Of a stretch of DNA of 64,000 bases, positions 53,436 through 64,000 are shown piece after piece. The notes beneath the pieces are model-generated. The model made no database searches, was not told the DNA's origin, and saw only the letters and a list, made by a program, of their open reading frames with translations. The position numbers and the translations under genes are program-made. Origin of the DNA: Octopus vulgaris (Eukaryota); the NCBI GenBank assembly GCA_951406725.2, contig OX597818.1:9858001-9922000 (forward strand). Reading direction: 5' to 3'. Positions within the stretch are counted from its first letter, which is position 1. Every line of letters begins with the position of its first letter.

Positions 53436-53840
53436 TTATTATTATTGAGTGAGAGAGTAGTGCATGCCATCAAAGTGACACTGGGTAAAATATACAAAGC
53501 CCAGTACACCCATCATGACTACCCGTCTGATAAGGGTACACCAGGCACATGCATCACAACCATATGTGCGCGACATTCTGATCTTATGTCAAGATAAATA
53601 GCGCATGAACTTACAGGTGGAGACCGGTTAGAATTTTCTTCAGGTTGAATAGCCCACCCCACTCAAAAGATCCTTAAATAAGAGTTGTTTAAAGATGTGG
53701 AACGAAACACCCATGTTTCCAAAGGTGAATTAGCCAAACCCCAAAGAATATTTACTGCAGCCCATCTTTTATACCAAGACGAAACAATGTACATTATAAC
53801 ACTTCCAATCAGTTAAGATGAGAAGCCATGAGTGTCACTT
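53436..53840 (-). mobile_element. Non-coding retroposon with (AAT)n tail; second copy at 60070-60385 (+)
   Basis: Two high-identity copies in opposite orientation, both ending ctctctcactcaataataat and flanked by simple repeats. Confidence 0.75.
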
Positions 53841-53842
53841 TC

Positions 53843-53900
<58 letters not shown>

Positions 53901-53959
53901 GTTAATTATTATTATTATTATTATCATTATCATCATCATCATCATCATTATTATTATTG

Positions 53960-54145
53960 AGACGTCGAGATGGCAGAATAGTTAGCATGCAGGGCGAAAT
54001 GCTTAGCGGTATTCAAATTCCGCCGAGGTCGTTTTTACGTATCATCATTTTAGGGTCGATAACTTGATTACCAGTGGAGTACTGGAGTCGATGTAATCGA
54101 CTATCCCCCTCCCCCAAATGTCAGGCCTTGTGCCTATAATAGACA
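53960..54145 (+). mobile_element. SINE family B
   Basis: gagatggcagaatagttagc...ttcaaattccgccgaggtcg...ggccttgtgcctat. Confidence 0.75.
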
Positions 54146-54164
54146 TTATTATTATTTTTTTTTT

Positions 54165-54223
<59 letters not shown>

Positions 54224-54293
54224 TATCATCATCATCATCATCATTATTATTATTATTATTATTATTAATATTATTGTTATTATTATTATTATT

Positions 54294-54370
<77 letters not shown>

Positions 54371-54372
54371 CA

Positions 54373-54406
<34 letters not shown>

Positions 54407-54620
54407 GGCGGTGAGCCGGCAGGATGGTTAGCACGTAGGACGAAATGCTTAGCAGCATTTCGCCAGTCTTTACGTTCTGAGTTGAAATTCTGCAGAAGTC
54501 GATTTTGCCTTCCATCCTTCGGGGTTGATGAAATAAATACCAGTTAAACACTGGTGACGATGCAAGCGACTCATTCTCTCCCCCAAGATTGCTGCCCTTG
54601 AGGATAAATTCAAAACCATT
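54407..54620 (+). mobile_element. SINE family B
   Basis: ggcggtgagccggcagg...gtcgattttgccttccatccttcgggg. Confidence 0.8.
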
Positions 54621-55120
54621 ATTATTGCTGCTGTTGTTGTTGTTGTCGTCCTCGCCGCCGTTGTTGTTGTTGTGCTTTTATTTAGAGGGTGGTCTTCTTT
54701 TCCTCAGAACTGCTCTCTGTCTCGATATATTTAAACAAACAAAAGTATTCTGATTAATGTAACACAACATTCCTGAGGACTGGGATATTCATAGGTTTTC
54801 AACTTTTCGGATCATGCCCACATGTGACTAAATTTCTGTTACGTTTTTGGTCCCCTAAAGAAAACAGATAGAACATGCTTTCTATGTTATGTCCCAAGAA
54901 GGTTTTTTTATCTCATCATACCTTCTATCATATATTTTTTATATATATTTTATGTATATTTTTTTATATATTTTTTATGTATTTTTATATAATTTTTTAT
55001 GGCGAAAAATGCGAGTGAAGTTGTGTACGTTTACATAGCGATGTATAAGTACGCAGGCAAGCAGAGTTATAACACAGTAATTTCCCTTTGTATAACGGTA
55101 TTTTTTCATAGCGTTTTCAA

Positions 55121-55196
55121 ATAGCCAGATAACCGAAGAGATGACGTTGTGGATTCCCACTTCGGCATCTGAAACTCAGAGTTTTATCTTGACTAT
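55121..55196 (+). ncRNA. Hammerhead ribozyme motif (U4C; extra nucleotide before G12) in a pLTR remnant spanning about 54990-55220
   Basis: AGAUAA-CCGAAGA-GAUG...CAUC-U-GAAAC-UC-A-GA-GUU^UUAUCU. Stem I is a perfect 6 bp. Homologous to 7266-7342. Confidence 0.72.
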
Positions 55197-55214
55197 CGAG
55201 TAATGTAACATATT

Positions 55215-55256
<42 letters not shown>

Positions 55257-55387
55257 TAAACATATATACATACATACATACATACATACATACATACATA
55301 CATACATACATACATACACACACATACATACACACATGCAAACATACATGCATACATACATACATGAACTATATACTTATAGATGCA

Positions 55388-55712
55388 GGTGCAGGTGTAT
55401 GGTAAGAAGATTGCTTCCCAACGATATGGTTCTGGGTTCACTACCACTGAGCGACACCTTTGGCAGGTGTCGTCTGCTGTGGCATCAGGCCGATCAAAGT
55501 TCTATGTGTGTGCTTGGCTAAAAAAACCGTCATATATAATGTGTGTGTGTGTGTGTAACCACCAAAATGACAACTGGTGTTGGTGTGTCTGCGTCCCCGT
55601 AACCTAGAGTTTCTGTAAAATAACCCAAGTTGGGGGTCCATTCACTCGACTAAAAATCCTTCAAGACGGTGCCCCAGTATGACTGCAGTCTCATGACTGA
55701 AACAAGTAAAAA
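55388..55712 (+). mobile_element. SINE family A, diverged
   Basis: ggtaagaagattgcttcccaac...gggttcactaccactg...ggtgccccagtatgactgcagtc. Confidence 0.75.
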
Positions 55713-56186
55713 ATAAGCTAGACTCAAATAGATATACATTTAGATGACCTCATGCATGCATTCAGACAGACGGGTGGGTAGACAGACTTGCAGTTTGATA
55801 GGTTGATAGGGAGATAGAAAATCATAATTTCGAAAGATAAAAACACATGGTACGTTCTGAAAGGAGATTTCACATCTAGTTAATAAAGTTATCAAGCATT
55901 TTCAAATTGAATTCTTCTCTCTTTTTTTCGTAACATAGAAAACTCGGTGATTCGATATAGCGGTAGAAACTATATAGCTGATGATGATAGAGTTAGTGGT
56001 TTGTTTTACTAGTGAATTAGGTGAGGGAACTTATATACATGTGTATGATAGTGATAGTGAGTTAATAATTTATATTAGGATGGTGATAGCGACGGCTAAA
56101 AGAGCTCTGGTCATGTTAGTGGTATTGGTATTGATACGAATAATCAGAGGAGAAACGCGGCCAAGGCTCTGTGTGTATTTGTGTGT

Positions 56187-56244
<58 letters not shown>

Positions 56245-56545
56245 ATATGTGTGTCTGCACGCGCGTGTGTGTGTGTGCGAATCGAATCTGCATTGGAAGT
56301 AGAAAAGGAATAACTGAAAAGGAGAGAAAAGCGAGTTAGAGAAGAAAGAGAGGGTAAATAAGAGCGAAAGAGAGAGAGAGAGAGAAAAGAATGAAAGAAA
56401 GAAAGAATGAAAGAAAGAAAGAATGAAAGAAAGATAAAGAGGGAGACAGAGCAGCAGAATCAGGTAGCCTAAGAATATCAGAAGCTAATATATGGAGACA
56501 ATTAGAGAGATAAAGAAGAGTTATATCGCTGGCTGGTTGGTTGGT

Positions 56546-56685
<140 letters not shown>

Positions 56686-56928
56686 CACACACATATATAT
56701 ATATACCCATATATATATGTATACATGTGTGTGTGCGTATGTGTGCGTGTGTATGTGTATGGATTTCTATATGTATGGATTTCTATATGTGTATGCTTGT
56801 GTATGTGAGCGTGCGAAAGCGTATAAGTGTATATCTATATATAATGGTTGTATATATATATATATATATACACATAAAGATATGTATATATACATATATA
56901 TATGTACATGTGTACATATATATACATA

Positions 56929-56965
<37 letters not shown>

Positions 56966-57039
56966 TGTACATATGTACATATATATATATATATATGAAT
57001 GTATATATGTATATTCATTTATTATATATATATATACAT

Positions 57040-57093
<54 letters not shown>

Positions 57094-57839
57094 GTACATG
57101 TATGTGTATATATATATATATATATATATACAAATATATATACGCATATATTTATAAATACATATATATATATATGTATATATGTATATATATATACACA
57201 CATATATGTACATATATATATATGTACATATATGTATATATATAATTATATATGTGTGTACATGCATACGCACACACATTTCTATATCAATACATATATA
57301 CATACACGCACACATTCATTATACTTCCATGTCTATGTTTATGCTTTTACATTCATAGACTCACGCACACTTTCATGGTCTCTCACTGTACATTTCCCCA
57401 CTACCATCTCTTTTCCGTCTCACTTTCTCTCTGTCTCTCTCTATCGCTCTCCGTATCTCTCTTTCTATCATTTTTTTCACCTTCTTTTTTGTCAATACAG
57501 TAAGAAATGTACATAAACAAAAAAAGGAAAAGTATGAAAATTAAAGAGTTGTATTCAAAAGAGACAGCCAACAAAACACAGAAAATATAAAAGAAAAAGG
57601 AAAAAGCAATAAATAATGTTTTAATTAAATGAAGAATATAAAAAAGAGAAAGCTGAAGAGACAGAAATATCCACATAGACTCGGAAAAAAATATAGGGCT
57701 GCATTGAAGGATTCAGATGGGTAATTTCCTTTTGTTGAGTTTGGCGACGAAAGGGGAAAGATAAAATAGAATAAGACAACGAAAGGCGATAACATACACA
57801 TATATAAGTATGTGCACGTGTATGCATATATATACATAC

Positions 57840-57977
<138 letters not shown>

Positions 57978-58117
57978 TGTATATACATACATAAGTATGT
58001 ATATATACATATAGAACTAGAGAGAAATAAAGAAAAGAGGGAAGGACAAAGAGAGAGATTTATAAATATGCACACATACTTACTGACTGGTATGTATATA
58101 TCTATATGCATACATAC

Positions 58118-58179
<62 letters not shown>

Positions 58180-58618
58180 GTATACATATATATGCATATA
58201 TATGTATGCATATAGATATAAATATATGTGTGTATAATTAACTATGCATACATATGTATATACATGCAATCATACATATACATATAAGCATATACACATA
58301 CATACATACATGATGTATATACGAAAACGACTGTGAGATATGACAAGTGCATGTTGTGTACGGTGTAGTGAGTGAGCGTGGAGCATGAGTTTGGGGAGGT
58401 GTAGAGGTAATGGTGGTGAGGTTATGCGTAGGAATCAATAGTGAATCTGCACACGTTCCTTATCTACATTTGCCAGGACAAAAGTCTTGGGAGTCATCGC
58501 CGTTGTAGTCGTCGTCATCATCATCATCATCATTACCATCGCTATTGCATTACATCTTGTTTATTGCTTCTCTTGTTCATTACATCATCTGCCGTCTGGG
58601 GCCAGCATCAGTACCAGC

Positions 58619-58683
<65 letters not shown>

Positions 58684-59399
58684 GTTATTATTATTATTAT
58701 TATTATCTTATTGCTTCTGACAGCTTTACGGTGAAGGATGTAAATTCGTAAGGTGTAAGATATGACGCAACGCAACTTTATATTTTTATTTCAGCGTTTT
58801 TTCTACTAATGTTGTTGTTGTTGTTGTTGTTGATATTGCTGTTGTTGTTGCTGATGTTGTGTTGTCGTTGTTGTTGTTGATATTGCTGTTGATTTTTCAA
58901 ACTTTGAATCATTACTTTACAGTAATAGTTCTCAATACTTCTCACACTGGAAATCACATAAAATAATTACTAGCACATTTCATATGGTAAAATATAGAAT
59001 CTCTATATTTTAAAGTTAATGATGATTTTAAAAAAATAGAAATCTGTTACTTTGTTTTTGTTTATCATACATTACTTGTAAAACAAAATTATGAATAACA
59101 TGCTTTTCAAGCGGGGTCAGCCAATGGTTTGGAATTTCTGAAGCCTTAAATTAATATTTTTAAAATCTGTGACGCATTTAGAAACCCTTTGTGGTACGCT
59201 ATGGTTTATAGCAATCATAATAAGATCAATAGAAAAAATATTTATGAAATAACCAGTTTAACTCAACGATTTAAAAAATAACCACTTAATATAATTTTTC
59301 GTATTTTAGCAAAAGCCAGTAATTTGAGAGGGTGCGTTAGACGATCATATCGATCTAGTACATGACTAGTACTTAATGATTTTGAGTCATGAAAGGCAA

Positions 59400-60000
59400 G
59401 ATTTGAACACGGAGCGTAAATATCTGAAAGAAATATCACTAAGGTTTTTTTCGTCCGTAGCTTCGTTGAGAGTTCAACTTCCGCCCAGGTCAACCTTGCC
59501 TTTCATCCTTTCGGGGACGATAAATTAAGTACCAGTTACGCACTGGGGTCGATATAATCGACTTAATCCCTTTTTCTGTCCTTGTTTGTCCCTTCTATGT
59601 TTAGCCCCTTGTGGGTAATAAAAAATAAGAAATATCGCTAAACATTGTTTCCGACGTACTAATAAGTCTGCCAGTTCATCGCCTTAAACCAGTTTAAAAA
59701 CATTAAGAACAACCACCACTACAGCACTGTTGCTACTATTACAAATCATAATATTGCTGATGCTTTTAATAATGATAAACCTTTCTATTAAAAGCACAGG
59801 AACAAGGCCTGAACTTTTGATGGGGAGGGGTCTAGTCGATTACATCGACGCCAGTGTTTCACTAGTACTTAATTTATCGACCTTGAAAGGAGGAAAGGCA
59901 AAGCCGACCTCGGTTGAATTTAAATCAGACTGTAAACACCCACGAAATGCAGCTAAATGTTTTGTCCGGCGTGCTAACGATTTTGCCAGCACGCCGCCTT

Positions 60001-60032
<32 letters not shown>

Positions 60033-60354
60033 ACAACAACAACAAACAACAACAACAACAACAACAATAATTCACCTCTGGAATCATGGGTGGTTCTTTC
60101 AACATCCTTAAACAACCCTAATTCAGGGATCTTTTGAGCGGGTTGGGCTACTCAACCTGAAGAAAATTCTAACTGGGCCCCACCTGCAAGGTCATGTGCT
60201 GTTTATCTTGATATGAGATCACCATGTCGCGCACATATGGTTGTGATGCATGTGCCTGGTGTACCCTTATCAGACGGGTAGTCATGATGGGTATATTGGG
60301 CTTCGTATATTTTACCCCAGTGTCACTTTGATGGCATGAACTGCTCTCTCACTC

Positions 60355-60389
<35 letters not shown>

Positions 60390-60930
60390 TGATGATGATG
60401 GTGATAATGATGCTAATAATCCCTTCTATTATAGAGGCACAAGACTTGAAATTTAGGGGCACTGGATACTCAATTACATTGACCTCATTGCTGAACTGGT
60501 ACTTATCTCATCGATCCTAAATGAATGAAAGGCATCTATGGCATTTGAACTCAGAACATAAAGAGAGATTAGAATGCCACTCAGCATTTTGTTCGGCGGG
60601 CTCACCGTTCTACCAGTTCCCCGCCTTTTTTCTAATAATAATATTGGTTTCAAATTTTGGCATAATGGTAACAATTTCGGGGAAGAGGCTAAGTCGATTA
60701 AATCGACTCCAATGCGTAACTGGTATATACCAGCTCCCCGCCTCTTTTTTTAAATAACAATATTGGTTTCAAATTTGTACACAAGTCCAACAAATTCGGG
60801 GATTACATCGATCGCAGAGCTCCATGGGTACTTATTTTATTGAAAGGCTGAGCAGACCTCGGCGGAATTTGAATTCAAAACGTAAGGAATGGGAATAAAT
60901 ATTCTAAGGCGTATTTGTTCCGGCATTCTA
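59400..60930. mobile_element. Cluster of SINE family B copies (about 59455-59630 +, 59780-60000 -, 60420-60627 -, 60645-60727 -, 60765-60930 -)
   Basis: Each aligns to parts of 15961-16175. Confidence 0.72.
60070..60385 (+). mobile_element. Second copy of the (AAT)n-tailed retroposon
   Basis: Reverse complement of 53436-53730. Confidence 0.75.
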
Positions 60931-61126
60931 ACATTTCTACTCTATTTCGTTTTCAAGAAAGGAAACGTTTAATATATTTCTAAAGCCGTGATCAATAACA
61001 GACAATAATGATAGTAATAATGGTGGCGGTGGCCGTAGGGTAGCGGTGGTGGTGAAGGTGGCGGTAGCAGCAACGGTGGCGGCAACGGTATCATCATCAG
61101 CAGCAGCAGCAACAGCAGCAGCAGCT

Positions 61127-61212
<86 letters not shown>

Positions 61213-63048
61213 TATCCTTTATTATTGTCATCATGCCCCATTCATTTATACAATAAAACTGCATGCAAAGATGTTACGAAATACGAAGAGATAAACGAAA
61301 CAAAATTATGTAAAAAACGAGGGGAGAGGAGGGCCAAGGACGTTATGCCATATATTAAGACATGCTAAAAAAAAATGTTAAAGTTACACTAAATAATTAC
61401 AGAAAATAAATAGATGATTATAAAAAAGAAAAACAAGAAAACACGGATAGAATTTTGAAAATTATATAATTTATGGAAACAAGAAAAACAAACAATTTAA
61501 CCCCACCCACATACACTTGGGAGAAACCCCGACTAGGTTGAGTCAGAGCACCTCGTGACACTGCCCGCCTGCCACACGTCGATTTGGAACAACAACGGCG
61601 ACGGAGGCGGCAGCGATGGCGATAATGTTTAATACTGCAATAACTTCGCCCATTTTGTTTTGCATGGAGTCTGGCTGATATAATGTTATTGAATGGGTTT
61701 CTTCATGTCTGACTGACTGATTTTGTTGTTGTTGTTGTTGGTGGTGGTGGTTGGTGGTGGTGGTGGTGGTGGTGGTGGTGGTGGTGGTGGTGATGTTGTT
61801 CAGCTCTAATTCAACCTTCATCGAGCAGACCTGAGATCAAAGTCGTTCAATCCACGATCTAATGGTCTTTTTGTATATCTAGGACTTCATTGTAAACTTC
61901 GTTTTCCATTAAACATAAAAAAAAAGAAAAGAGTGAGAAAAAAATGGTGCAGTCTGATTTGAGGGACATTCAGTGGCTCTTTCGTTCGTCTGAGTGGCGG
62001 ATCGACAATCGTTATGGTTTGGTGCTTCTTTGAGGCTTGCTTAATAAGTATTTCGGTCACATTGACTTTCTCCTGGCATTTTTTTCATTTCAACCTATTC
62101 TTCTTCCTGCGTTTTACTGCCTTTTCTTCTTGTTAATATTATTCCATGCCTATAGCCAACCTTCATACTTCATACTTTTCCACGCAATCTGGCATATTCT
62201 ATATATCGTTTCTTAACCCTTCCAAATAAGAAGGAAACTATCTAAATGTACAATACAAAAGGGACTCATGGTTTGGATTGACATAAAGTCACAAAAACGT
62301 CGGTTGTTATTTTGCTCTCACTCAGCTTGGATATAACAAACTATGTTCATGCGCATTCCATCTTTGAGCATTCTGTCTTTTATTATCAGTACACAGGACT
62401 GCATTATGGCCTGTCCTCTTTTTATGAAGAAAAGGCTTTGGTTTGAGAGAATGTTACTGCTATTTCTAGCATATCGGGCGATCACGTTAAAGGATCCATG
62501 TGAGACCTTACTCAAAAATGGGAAGTTAACTTTGGTGCTTTCAAAATGGGGTCATTGCTCATATTCAATATTATTGGAATATTGATAATCAGTCTTTCCT
62601 TTCAAACTGTGCAAATAGACTCTATGGAAACAGGTACAATTTAGTTATTAAGCATTTTTCGTATTTTCCTATCTTAATTTTAATCTGTGTATTTCTGATA
62701 TCCATATAACAGATGCTCGTATGCAGCTGAATGGGTAACATGGCAATACTGGAGGTTTAATGATCCTTCAAAACTTGCTAAGTTTATACCCGAGTCAAAC
62801 ATATCTTCCTTGTATATGTTGGCATTTGAGTCTTTTTCATCCCACTCTCTGTAAGCCTTACCCGCTTTCGTCTGTATGATGACAAACGATTACTGTTTTT
62901 GAAAATTTCTATATATATATCTTCTCTTTCACTGTATATATATAAGAGAACAAAGTGTACGCACGCCGCTATATATTATATGTATATATAAAAATACAAA
63001 ATGGGACAAGTACACAAAACGTCCAGATATATATATATATATATATTT

Positions 63049-63127
<79 letters not shown>

Positions 63128-63194
63128 CGTAATATATATATACACATACGTACACACACACAACCACACATATTTATTTATTTATATAGTGAGC

Positions 63195-63410
63195 TCAGCG
63201 CTGGTGACCTCGACACTGGTGGCCTCGGCGCTGGAGGTGGCACGGATTTACCTCCCCGCTAGCGATATAGACATGAGTACTTTTTGCAGCGAAAGCCAAA
63301 ATGAGAATTTCTTCCATGGTATCTACGGCGGAATAGGTGGTTCTAACAGAACATCCACGTTTAAGTGGGATAAATATTCCTTCTTCGCATAAATACTGCC
63401 TCTCTTGCTG
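63195..63410 (-). pseudogene. Possible Penelope GIY-YIG C-terminal remnant with 15-bp tandem repeats
   Basis: Minus strand AREAVFMRR...P/LNVD resembles the EA..I....P.LN.D terminus. Three imperfect 15-mers lie at 63196-63240. Confidence 0.3.
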
Positions 63411-63524
63411 TACACACACACACACACACACACACAACATACATGTAAGCATATAAACAAACAGGTACGTATGTGTGTCTGACGAAAAAACTAAAACTCC
63501 TAGATAATCTTATACAGCTAAAAC

Positions 63525-63740
63525 AGGGCGGTGTGCAGGCAGATTTGCTAACAGACCAGGCAAAATATTTAGCAACGTTCCGTCCATCTTTTCGTTCTGA
63601 CTTCAAATTCCGCTGAGGTTGACTTTGCCTTTTATCCTTTCGGAGTCGATAAAATAAGCACCATCTGAGTGTTGGAGGTCAATGTAATCGACCTACCCCA
63701 CTTATCCGAGCTGGCCTTGTGCCAAAAATTTGAAACTAAT
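63525..63740 (+). mobile_element. SINE family B
   Basis: ggcggtgtgcaggcaga...ttcaaattccgctgaggttgactttgcc...ggccttgtgcc. Confidence 0.8.
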
Positions 63741-64000
63741 ACATAGATATGACATAATTAGGCATTATACCACTTCACACAATTTTTTAGCTTCGATCTA
63801 TTCAACTTCTCTGACGTTACATTACTATATACGACTTAATTTAGTTAGTTAAATCATTTCTCTAAACTAATCTTTATTAATGTTTCTTTAAATCACTGTA
63901 CTGTCGTGCTGCACATCATGTCTTCTTCAGACGGTTCCATCATAGAGCTTGTAAGAATGAAAGCTAAATTTGGCCTTATCGAGATTTGAACTCGGAGTGT

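Noticed and set aside
58920-59230. Second hAT MITE starting cagtaatagttctcaa
   Set aside because: No matching right TIR or TSD could be identified.
61990-62890. Host exon or element ORF
   Set aside because: Only short ORFs with no recognisable motif or clear splice frame.

Overview
This is repeat-saturated, AT-rich eukaryotic DNA, intergenic or intronic, with no recognisable host exon. The SINE families and microsatellite load look like an octopus genome (inference from recalled repeat families, not a database search). Most ORFs in the supplied track are microsatellite translations. The real coding remnants are all retroelements: a Penelope-like element (RT plus GIY-YIG, one frameshift, 1572-2752), further GIY-YIG fragments, an RTE LINE with an open ORF of about 550 aa (31162-32820), Tx1/L1, R4/Dong and Gypsy remnants. 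A roughly 10.1 kb block occurs twice around a 100-N gap, probably an uncollapsed haplotype. The main hidden signal is RNA structure. At least five repeat families carry minimal hammerhead-ribozyme folds with variant cores (U4C, U3-A8, extra nucleotides). One of them is a tRNA-headed (Pol III) SINE with an intact hammerhead and a Penelope-style inverted tail (17126-17482). A non-autonomous RTE derivative has a covarying nested pseudoknot at its 5' end (9298-9390, homolog at 53355-53430) that may be a self-cleaving RNA. All folds were made by eye and none has been tested.
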